The notes below the pieces were generated by a model. The model made no database searches, was not told where the DNA came from, and worked only from the letters and a program-made list of their open reading frames with translations. A DNA stretch of 64,000 nucleotides from Candidatus Latescibacterota bacterium. Lineage in GTDB: Bacteria > Latescibacterota > UBA2968. The translations under genes were made by a program, and so were the position numbers. Numbering within the stretch: the stretch's first letter is position 1; the number at the start of each line of letters is the position of its first letter. The DNA is taken from positions 1,376,001 to 1,440,000 of the forward strand of contig OZ220741.1 in assembly GCA_965116885.1 (NCBI GenBank). The letters run 5' to 3'. Below, piece by piece: positions 28,717 through 36,811 of the stretch.

Positions 28717-30015
28717 TCAGAGTTTTGTTTCTGTTGGCGTTTTTTCACGCGCCATGCGGATGCCTTTTTGTTCGTCAACGCTACGCAAGAGGAGACCGCC
28801 CACGATGAAGAACAGGCCTACGGTTGCCATGCCGTAGCGCTGGGATCCAGAGGCTTGTGTGATGACGCCCATGAGGAGGGGACCGAGAAATGCGGTGGCT
28901 TTTCCCGAGAAGGCGTAGAAGCCGTAGAATTCGGTTTCTTTGTTTTGGGGGACAAATCGTCCCATGAGGGAGCGGCTGGCCGATTGGTTTGGTCCAGCGA
29001 ATAGGCCGACGAGGAGGCCCGCGATCCAGAACCAGATTTTTTCCTGGGGTACGACGGCGATGATCGCCGCGATGACGAAGCCGACGAGGGTGATCTGGAT
29101 GGTGAGTTTGCCGCCCAGGCGGTCGTCCAGGTACCCAAAACACCATGCGCCGATGCCGGCTGCGATGTTGACGATGATGCCGAAGAAGAGGACTTCTTCA
29201 AATGTGAATCCAAATGTGCCTGCCGCATAAATGCCGCCAAACGCAAAGACGGTGATGAGGCCGTCGTTATAGACGAGGCGTGCGAGCAGGAGTTTGAAGA
29301 TTTCCCGGTAGCGCTGGAGTTCGCGGAAGGTTTGGAGGATGCGTCGGTAGGATGCGGCTAAACTGAGTTTGTCGCCGGTTTGTCGCGCAGGGGGTGCGGG
29401 TAAATAGAATAGTGCCGGGAGGCTGAAGATGGCGAACCAGATTGCAACGCCGATGTTTGTCGCCCGGATGTGTGCGTGGGTTTCTTTGGTGAGGCCAAAC
29501 CACGGGGTTTCTGCGGATACAAAGCCGACCATGAGGACGGCCATTGAGAGCAGGCCCCCGAAATATCCCACGCCCCATGCCTGTCCCGATATGCGACCGA
29601 TGCGTTCGGGCGGGGCAATGTCGGGCAAGAAGGCGTTGTAAAATACGATGCCCATTTCAAAGCAGATACAGGCGATGATGTAGAGGGTTAGTGCATAGGT
29701 GGCTTGCCCTTGTTGCGGGAAATAGAGCAGTGCGGTGAAGATGACGGCGAGGAATGTGAAGAATATTAAAAAGCGTTTGCGATATCCGCCCTGGTCAGAT
29801 AATGCGCCGAGGGGTGGGGACAGCAGTGCGACGACGAGCATGATGATGCCGACGCCACGAGACCATAAGGCGGTGCCTATGATTTCATTTTCAGCGATGA
29901 CTTTGGTAAAAAACGCCGCGTAGATAAATGTGGTGACGTTGTTGGCAAAGGACGAGTTCGCAAAGTCATACATCATCCACGAGATGATGGTTTTTCGGTG
30001 GGTGGTTTTGGGCAT
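28717..30015 (-). CDS. MFS transporter (UMF1/Atg22-like)
   Basis: W.MYDFANSSF, FYNAFLPDI, QSASRSLM, EFYGFY, about 12 TM. Confidence 0.9.
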   Translation of the reverse strand: MPKTTHRKTIISWMMYDFANSSFANNVTTFIYAAFFTKVIAENEIIGTALWSRGVGIIMLVVALLSPPLGALSDQGGYRKRFLIFFTFLAVIFTALLYFPQQGQATYALTLYIIACICFEMGIVFYNAFLPDIAPPERIGRISGQAWGVGYFGGLLSMAVLMVGFVSAETPWFGLTKETHAHIRATNIGVAIWFAIFSLPALFYLPAPPARQTGDKLSLAASYRRILQTFRELQRYREIFKLLLARLVYNDGLITVFAFGGIYAAGTFGFTFEEVLFFGIIVNIAAGIGAWCFGYLDDRLGGKLTIQITLVGFVIAAIIAVVPQEKIWFWIAGLLVGLFAGPNQSASRSLMGRFVPQNKETEFYGFYAFSGKATAFLGPLLMGVITQASGSQRYGMATVGLFFIVGGLLLRSVDEQKGIRMAREKTPTETKL

Positions 30016-30153
30016 GGTGAAGTGGGTGAAAGATGGGTGCTACCTGGTCGGTTATTTAGTCGGTTACTTGGTCGCTAAACTCTGACTTTGCAAACCCAGC
30101 ACGTTCCGAAGCTTTCGTTGAAATGCCACCGGGTTATCAATGTGTCGAATTGC

Positions 30154-30618
30154 TCATTTCACTAAACGCAGATCGTATTCAAATTGCTCAGGTCCACCTA
30201 TCTTTATTTTTTCAAAATCAGGATGAAGAGGATTGATCAAATAATTGGTCTCTACAGGTACAATAACGCTGGGGACAGCAAGGATCACTGAATCACCACT
30301 GTTGAACCAGGCTGTCCCTATATTTCGCGTTGAATCAGACGCTGGACAATCAGTCCAGTCTGTTGGTAAATCTGATGGTTCCAAACGAAGACACAGACGG
30401 TCATCAAATTCTATGGCAATGCTTGCGTAAGTCCTCAAAATTTGGGTAGATTCCAGATGAACGAGCAATTCCAGTGCTGCTAATGAAAGAGAGCCTGCTG
30501 CATATACTATGGGTATGCCCTTGTGATTCCAGCGTCCGCCGTATCGCCGTGCCCCTTCACCCGTAAAAGCTGAAGCTATGCGATGTGCCTGCACAATTCG
30601 CCAGGCTGTCAGCATCAT
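30154..30618 (-). CDS. RES-domain toxin (NAD+ phosphorylase family)
   Basis: F.GEGA..YGGRWN, LAALELLVH, VPSVIVP.E.NYLINP.HPDF. Confidence 0.93.
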   Translation of the reverse strand: MMLTAWRIVQAHRIASAFTGEGARRYGGRWNHKGIPIVYAAGSLSLAALELLVHLESTQILRTYASIAIEFDDRLCLRLEPSDLPTDWTDCPASDSTRNIGTAWFNSGDSVILAVPSVIVPVETNYLINPLHPDFEKIKIGGPEQFEYDLRLVK

Positions 30619-31109
30619 GAAAATACTCCGTACTCAATGCGTCCCAGAAGGTCTTCAACTTCTCGAGCACCTAGTTCTGTATCTGCATAATCCAGTGGAG
30701 AAACACAGCCAAGAGCCGTTAATGGGGTTGCAAACCATTGGCGAGCAACTTCCTGTCCTCCTAGAACCTCGACAGCCCGATCATACAGCAGACCAATACG
30801 CAGCAGGCGTTCCGATTCATCGATACGCAACCGGCCTTCTTGTTTTCGACGTGTCAGTGTATGTACCGCAATTTTAGTTACAGTAGCCAGAGCTTGTTCA
30901 GAAATGCCCATAGCATTTTTTAATGCGTCGAATGTCGCTACTGGCAATCCTTCTTTTATAGCAGCAATCATTTCAGATCGGTTTTCAAAACGCCATCCCG
31001 CCGATGTCGCATAAGTCGTCGTCTGTCCTTCTGCGATAACCGAAGCACCATCTGCTCTTCGAAATCCCGTTGGTGTCCACCTCCAGACTTTCAATTGTTG
31101 AGTTTTCAT
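30615..31109 (-). CDS. Xre/MbcA/ParS (DUF2384) antitoxin
   Basis: TL.RRK, ESERLLR, A..W..TP..ALG..SPL, V..LLGRIEYGVFS; ATGA overlap with res. Confidence 0.93.
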   Translation of the reverse strand: MKTQQLKVWRWTPTGFRRADGASVIAEGQTTTYATSAGWRFENRSEMIAAIKEGLPVATFDALKNAMGISEQALATVTKIAVHTLTRRKQEGRLRIDESERLLRIGLLYDRAVEVLGGQEVARQWFATPLTALGCVSPLDYADTELGAREVEDLLGRIEYGVFS

Positions 31110-31207
31110 ATATCCTCCTTTTCTCCACGAGGCAACAATTCTGCCAGAAGATCATTGAAGCGCAGAATAAAACTGTTGGTATTTATCACAAAATGTTCAG
31201 AGTTCAT
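31106..31207 (-). CDS. 33-aa small ORF or gene remnant coupled to xre
   Basis: MNSEHFVINTNSFILRFNDLLAELLPRGEKEDI*, GGAG just upstream, stop overlaps the xre ATG. Confidence 0.3.
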   Translation of the reverse strand: MNSEHFVINTNSFILRFNDLLAELLPRGEKEDI

Positions 31208-31326
31208 TTCTCCCAATTCCGATTCTATTCAGCCCGAAGATTGCGTTGAAACGTCACTATACAATAAATGTAGTGAATCATGCGAAATTGTGCCACCTTT
31301 GCACATCTGGGCCGATATACCCTCCC

Positions 31327-31518
31327 TCAAATATCGTTGTACATCTCAGGATCTGGATCAACTTCTACGACTTTACCATCGCGCATGACCACAACTTTGG
31401 TGCCGGTCTGGTGCGCGATTTTGTGTGCGCGTTTGGCGGCTCGCATAAGCGCGGCTGTTACGCCGTCTTCATTGCTGTCGGACTTTGATCGCTTTTTTTC
31501 AGACGGTTGTTTCATCAT
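31327..31518 (-). CDS. Small basic hypothetical protein
   Basis: 63 aa with RAA.RA...A..TGT.VVV.RDGKVV, a pattern I associate with small genes next to zeta-toxin-like ATPases (recall, not searched). Confidence 0.7.
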   Translation of the reverse strand: MMKQPSEKKRSKSDSNEDGVTAALMRAAKRAHKIAHQTGTKVVVMRDGKVVEVDPDPEMYNDI

Positions 31519-31613
31519 CTCTTTTCTTCTTTAGATCCTGGAACCAAGGAATTTGTGTAAGTATCTCTTGCACAATTGGGTGGCCATGTTTTTTCCCAAC
31601 GCACACTGTGATG

Positions 31614-33653
31614 TCAGGAACGATAACTGAACAAACTCCTTATTTTATTCAATTTGCCAGGCGGGTAGAGGGAGTGGCCTATAAATCTTTGCAAGCTGGT
31701 CTTATACAAGATTGTCGTGTCGCCGTGGCTGGCGTCCTGGTCAATTAGTGTAGAGGGAACATCCTCCCAGTTGAACGCACGCCTGCCAAAGGCATCGCGT
31801 GGTTCCCAGACGATGATTTTCTCTCCGTCAATCGTCCATCCTTTGGATGCCTCGCCTTCTTTTTTTACATAGGACGCCGGACGCAATAGACTTTCGAGGG
31901 CTGCTTTGACTCTGTCATATCGCTTTTCCGCATAATTTTGCCAGGTTACTTTGCGACACCATTGGGGCGGTGTTTTGCCTGTTCCTTCAGATATGATGTC
32001 GCTTATAACCTGAGATGAAATCGCCAGCCAATCGTCCGGGAGGTGTCCGGGTTCAATGCGATCTATAATTTCAGATAGGTATCGCTTATAGAGATGTCCC
32101 GTCAGACTGTTACGTATCTTCTGTACATCGCCTTGCAAACGCTGCCGGGTTTCCTCTTCGTGAGAGGGTAGTGCAGTTGTGGTGTATATCATCAGGCTGC
32201 GCTTGACGATTTCGTCGGGAAATGATTGGGGTTCCGCATTCATTGCGAGTATGAAGCACGGATATTCGGAAACTGGGGGCTGTAATTCCTCTTTGATCAT
32301 ATCCTTGCCGTACTGATTGAAGGCGCGTTGTCCAATATCGTCAAACACAACGGGAAAGCGTTTGTACGACGCCTGCAATCCGCGAAGCCGGGATGCGGTG
32401 AAACTCCGCTTTTCCACTGTGTTGGTACAACTGAACATGGATGTCATGAGCGTATCAATCAGGCTGGTTTTGCCGCAGTTGGACTTTCCAAAGACGATGC
32501 CAAAGAAAGGAAAGCGGACCACATCGCTGTCTTGTACCAGGGCAAGTGATCGCATGTCGCACATGAAGGGGGAGAAATACAGCCACGCCATCAAGGTGAA
32601 GTAATCCCGTTGCAGCCGTTTTACATCTCCCTCAAAGGAGGCGTAGTTCTCGAAGTATTCCAGGAGCAGACGCGCATCTGTTTTTACCGAATCGCTATCC
32701 CATTCCAGTGGGAATATCTCGCCCGATAGGGTGGTCTGGCGCGTGGTTCTGTCGATATGGAAGTTGCGCGTATCGACTTCTTCGGCAGACTTGACGAGGA
32801 CCACGCGATTGATCTGGCGTTTGATGTTCTGGGTGATGCGTTGCTTGCCATTGCGTATGGGAGGCATGACCGATGATAGCGCGGGACCAAGCGAGGCAAG
32901 GACCTTCTCTACGCGCTCTACCTGGACTGGAAAGGAGGTTTCGACTTCATCCAGTGCAGGAGGCTCGATTATGAGTGTGGTCGGTCCATTGTTCATAGAT
33001 GGGGCTTCCTGAATTTCTATTTCTGATCGCGTTATTTTCTCATCGGGTAGCTCGATTTCGTCTGATGCGGAGTCTCGGATGGTGTTGAACATATTGTTGT
33101 AGTGTTCATAGGCTTTCTCATCATTGTCGAACATGACCAGCGTCTCTGGTTGGTCGCCAGAAAATGCCCGTTCCGAGAGGTTGGCGGATCCGATGATTAC
33201 TCGCTTTCGGCCATCCGAATTGGATAGCAGGTAGAGCTTTGCGTGGGCTATGGACTTTCTCAAGACTCTGAAGTGGGCTTGTCCCGCATGTACTTTTTCG
33301 AGAATTTGTATGTGCCGTTCGTCTTTGAGGCCCATGATTGCGGCGCGGGTACTGCCGACCACTGTTTTCTGAAATGCGAGAACGTCTTTCATGTCGCGGA
33401 TAATGCCTTCATAGCCGAATACGCATTCGAAGGTCTTGAACGCGTATTTATCGAGCATTCTAATGATGGCATCCACGCTTACTGAATAGGTCAACACTCG
33501 CAGGCTGTCGAATCCATCGAATACGTCCCAGTCGAATTTCTTTTCTGAGTTGAATTTCGCGCTGACCACACGAAGGCCACTTCTGTCATCTATTCCAAGT
33601 GACGTCTGACTCTCGCTGGCACCGCCGAATAGCATGTTTTGCTGTGTATCCAT
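31614..33653 (-). CDS. PLD-family nuclease (single HxK motif) fused to a P-loop NTPase-like domain
   Basis: HAKLYLL...VIIGSANLS...E; C-terminal GKSNCGKT (Walker A) and VVFDDI (Walker B). Confidence 0.8.
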   Translation of the reverse strand: MDTQQNMLFGGASESQTSLGIDDRSGLRVVSAKFNSEKKFDWDVFDGFDSLRVLTYSVSVDAIIRMLDKYAFKTFECVFGYEGIIRDMKDVLAFQKTVVGSTRAAIMGLKDERHIQILEKVHAGQAHFRVLRKSIAHAKLYLLSNSDGRKRVIIGSANLSERAFSGDQPETLVMFDNDEKAYEHYNNMFNTIRDSASDEIELPDEKITRSEIEIQEAPSMNNGPTTLIIEPPALDEVETSFPVQVERVEKVLASLGPALSSVMPPIRNGKQRITQNIKRQINRVVLVKSAEEVDTRNFHIDRTTRQTTLSGEIFPLEWDSDSVKTDARLLLEYFENYASFEGDVKRLQRDYFTLMAWLYFSPFMCDMRSLALVQDSDVVRFPFFGIVFGKSNCGKTSLIDTLMTSMFSCTNTVEKRSFTASRLRGLQASYKRFPVVFDDIGQRAFNQYGKDMIKEELQPPVSEYPCFILAMNAEPQSFPDEIVKRSLMIYTTTALPSHEEETRQRLQGDVQKIRNSLTGHLYKRYLSEIIDRIEPGHLPDDWLAISSQVISDIISEGTGKTPPQWCRKVTWQNYAEKRYDRVKAALESLLRPASYVKKEGEASKGWTIDGEKIIVWEPRDAFGRRAFNWEDVPSTLIDQDASHGDTTILYKTSLQRFIGHSLYPPGKLNKIRSLFSYRS

Positions 33654-33687
33654 TTTTCCAATTCTCCGTTGAAGCACGCATCACTTT

Positions 33688-33748
33688 TGCGATGTGCCTG
33701 CACATCAGGCTGTCAGCATCATGAAAATACCCCGTACTCAATGCGTCC
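33688..33748 (-). pseudogene. Fragment duplicating the xre/res junction
   Basis: Matches 30579-30644 apart from one substitution and a net 5-bp deletion. Confidence 0.9.
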
Positions 33749-35213
33749 TATCTTTAATTCCGCACATAAATTTTTTAATTTCTCCGCTTTTCAAGCGTGC
33801 AAAATACGAATCCATTTCACGCTTGACGATAGGTGCCAGAAAATACAGCCCCAAAATATTCGGCACACAAATCAAAAACACCAGCGCGTCGGAAATATCC
33901 AGCAGGGGTCCTAATTGCACCATGCATCCCAAAACAACACAGAGGCAAAAAATGATTTTGTACGCGTTTTGCCTGTGTGCGCTTTCACCAAACAAATAGG
34001 TCCAACCCTTTAATCCATAATAGGACCAGGAAATCATCGTGGAAAAGGCGAATAGCACAGCGGCAAAAGCCAGCGGAATGGGAAACCACGAAAATTGTCG
34101 CTCAAAGGCCACAGACGTCATGGCCACGCCTGTTGCGCCGCCAGCAAAATCGGGTGCAACAACCTGCGTTGTGGCAATGACCAGAGCGGTGATGGTACAA
34201 ATGACAATGGTATCAATAAAAGGCTCCAACAACGACACAATCCCTTCTGTGATGGGCTCGTTTGTCTTGACAGACGAGTGGGCGATGGCAGCCGATCCAA
34301 TGCCGGCTTCATTGGAGAACACCGCGCGTTGGAAGCCAATAATCATCGTTCCTACCACGCCGCCGGCGACACCTTCGCCGGTGAATGCACCCCCAAAGAT
34401 GTTGCCGATGGCGACGGGCAGTGCCGATGCGTTGAGCAGAATCGTGATAAGAGAAAAAAAGCAGTAAAGGACTGCCATAGAAGGGACGACTTTTTCTGTA
34501 ACCCTGGCGATAGACTTAATCCCTCCGATAATCACGGCAAAGACCACTGCACCCAAAATAATACCGACCAGCCAGCCCAATCCGTCCAGCATTCCGCCGG
34601 TCATGTGGTTGAGTTGCACATACGCCTGATTGGATTGAAACATGTTGCCTATGCCCAGTGCGCCTATTGAAATCCCCATTGCGTAAAAGCCGCCGATCAG
34701 TTTGCCAAAGCTGTCCATGCCGCGGGCTGAAAATCCTTTTCTGAGGTAGTACATCGGGCCGCCCGACACCGAATGGTCCGGGTTTTCATTACGGTATTTG
34801 ACGCCCAGCGTGCATTCAATGAACTTCGTGGACATGCCCAAGAAGCCCGCCACAATTAGCCAAAATGTCGCTCCTGGTCCGCCAACGGTTACCGCCACTG
34901 CGACGCCACCGATGTTGCCGATGCCGACAGTTCCCGCCACTGCTGTGGCCAGTGCCTGAAGGTGCGAGACTTCGCCTTTGCTGTTGGGGTCGGTGTAATC
35001 GCCACGCACCAGTTGGATAGCATGCTTGAAGCCGCGGATACCAATGAAGCCGGTGTAAAAAGTAAAAAATACTGCGCCAGCGACAAGCCACAATACTACC
35101 AATGGCAATTCCGCGTCGGCCACGGAAATTTTAAAAAAAACAAATTGACCGATCACCTCCGCAATTGGCGCAGTGGCATTGTTAATGGTCTCGTCAATTT
35201 CTAATGCCTTCAT
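33738..35213 (-). CDS. Alanine/glycine:cation symporter (AGCS) family protein
   Basis: VGIGNIGGVA, GGPGATFW, GGPMYYL, FQRAVFSNEAGIGS, EPFIDT, FAFSTMISWSYYG. Confidence 0.93.
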   Translation of the reverse strand: MKALEIDETINNATAPIAEVIGQFVFFKISVADAELPLVVLWLVAGAVFFTFYTGFIGIRGFKHAIQLVRGDYTDPNSKGEVSHLQALATAVAGTVGIGNIGGVAVAVTVGGPGATFWLIVAGFLGMSTKFIECTLGVKYRNENPDHSVSGGPMYYLRKGFSARGMDSFGKLIGGFYAMGISIGALGIGNMFQSNQAYVQLNHMTGGMLDGLGWLVGIILGAVVFAVIIGGIKSIARVTEKVVPSMAVLYCFFSLITILLNASALPVAIGNIFGGAFTGEGVAGGVVGTMIIGFQRAVFSNEAGIGSAAIAHSSVKTNEPITEGIVSLLEPFIDTIVICTITALVIATTQVVAPDFAGGATGVAMTSVAFERQFSWFPIPLAFAAVLFAFSTMISWSYYGLKGWTYLFGESAHRQNAYKIIFCLCVVLGCMVQLGPLLDISDALVFLICVPNILGLYFLAPIVKREMDSYFARLKSGEIKKFMCGIKDRTH

Positions 35214-35300
35214 AGCCGAATACACATTCGAAGGTCGTGAAAGCGTATTTATTGAGCATTCTAACGATAGTATATACGCTTACTGAATAGGTCAACACTC
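35202..35300 (-). pseudogene. 99-bp fragment of a PLD-gene homologue
   Basis: Ungapped match to 33401-33499 with 9 mismatches by manual count. Confidence 0.9.
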
Positions 35301-35316
35301 TCCGTTGACAAATGCA

Positions 35317-36780
35317 TCAATTTGCCAATTCAGCCAATCTGTTTTTGCCGTTTTCCGTAATTTGGTACTTCTGCAACCGACTTCCCGGTTTTTCTGGAAT
35401 TGTGTATTTGATCAATCCGTCTTTTCTCAACGCGCGAATCACCTTGTTGAGCTGTCCCGACACGGCTTTTTGACCCAGACCGGTTGAGATGGACGATTTC
35501 GATAGGGGAGCTTGTACAAGAAGTGACAAAACTCTCTGTTCAAGGCTTGCTTGGTGTGACTCTGGCTGTGACTCTGGCTGTGACTCTGGCTTAGCCTTGA
35601 TTTGCTCTGGAATTGTCGGGTATCTATAGGGTACTTGTTCGGTGACATGTGGGGTTATCTGTCCACCATGTTCAACCTGTCGCTTGAATGTCGTGACTAC
35701 CCAATTATCCGAGACCTCAATCACGGGTTCTTCTACCCCGTAGTCACGACATTCCTGTCGGATGCGTCGTATGCCGCTACCGATCTGCTCTACCATTCCC
35801 ATGCGATGGAACATTCCGAATAGAAGTGGATTTCGCGGTAAGCTTCTGATTCCCAAATCTTCTTCTCGCATTCCCGCTGGCAACCCGCCCGGTGTGACAA
35901 TTTCCAGCCGATCATAGAATATGTGTACCTGCACTTTAGCGGTGGATCGATAGTCTCGATGCGCGATGGCGTTGACCATTGCTTCGCGGAGAGCGTCTTC
36001 TGGTAGTTCGAGCCGTTCGTCCCGTCCGTGAGCATGGGGAATGAAGGCTGTGTTCAGCTTTGCCTGCATGTAGGCTATACAGTCGTCGTAGATGGCGCAG
36101 ATATCGCCTGTGAAGTTCTTGAGGTCGATGATATGCGTATTGGTCGTGCCGCGAAGAACCGCGCAGGTCACGCCCGCTGTCAATGTGTAGCGTGTGATAT
36201 CTTCCGCCAATAGCCACGCGCCAGCATGGGTCATGATTCCATTCTCAAGCAAGTGCAGGTTTTCCAATGCCACGATTGGGTCCATTCCGTCGGGAATATG
36301 CGCCCGCTTGGCGAACCGTGCCCATGCTTCCGGCGTCAGGTCTTTATCTATTTTGAAGTTATGGCATGGTGTTTTGTCGAATCGAATGAGTCCTTCCTTG
36401 AAAAAGAATTCACGGATTTCATCGCGTGACATTTGCTGCGAACTCGCGCCTTCGCGGATGTAATACTTGCCGCCAAAGGAGTAAGGCTTGCCGTGTTGCT
36501 CTGGTATTGTGATGCAGAGCACGTCATTGACAGATTCTGTTTCCACTGCTATGGGCGGATCCGCTGATCGCGCGATGGACTGGACCTGCGACTTCAGCTT
36601 GTTGTGGTTCGCAATACCAACGATTTCGCCGTCGTCTGTTACGCCGATCAGTATGACGCCGCCGGTCGCGTTCGCAAAGGCACAGATTTCTCGACCCAGG
36701 TTGGAAGATATGGAGCGCTTGAACTCTGTGGTAAAACCTTCGCCAAGGGCGGTTATGTTAGAGAGTATTTTTTCGTTCAT
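35317..36780 (-). CDS. AlbA_2 (Schlafen-like) + HATPase_c_4 + C-terminal HTH protein
   Basis: GE..TTEFK, EICAFANATGGVILIGV.DDG, ALREA.VNAIAHRDY, PRNPLL, EQIGSGI, QPES x3 linker, P.KP.SRLQKYQIT. Confidence 0.9.
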   Translation of the reverse strand: MNEKILSNITALGEGFTTEFKRSISSNLGREICAFANATGGVILIGVTDDGEIVGIANHNKLKSQVQSIARSADPPIAVETESVNDVLCITIPEQHGKPYSFGGKYYIREGASSQQMSRDEIREFFFKEGLIRFDKTPCHNFKIDKDLTPEAWARFAKRAHIPDGMDPIVALENLHLLENGIMTHAGAWLLAEDITRYTLTAGVTCAVLRGTTNTHIIDLKNFTGDICAIYDDCIAYMQAKLNTAFIPHAHGRDERLELPEDALREAMVNAIAHRDYRSTAKVQVHIFYDRLEIVTPGGLPAGMREEDLGIRSLPRNPLLFGMFHRMGMVEQIGSGIRRIRQECRDYGVEEPVIEVSDNWVVTTFKRQVEHGGQITPHVTEQVPYRYPTIPEQIKAKPESQPESQPESHQASLEQRVLSLLVQAPLSKSSISTGLGQKAVSGQLNKVIRALRKDGLIKYTIPEKPGSRLQKYQITENGKNRLAELAN

Positions 36781-36811
36781 ATTTGGGAAATCTGATTTCA
36801 CACCTTTCTGT

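Noticed and set aside
30041..30076. 12-bp triple repeat reading SDQVTD*ITDQV on the minus strand
   Set aside because: It resembles a Fic/AlbA linker remnant but is too short and interrupted to call.
31282..31296. Minus-strand TGGCAC...TCGCA as a sigma-54 promoter
   Set aside because: Spacing is GG-N9-GC, not the required GG-N10-GC.
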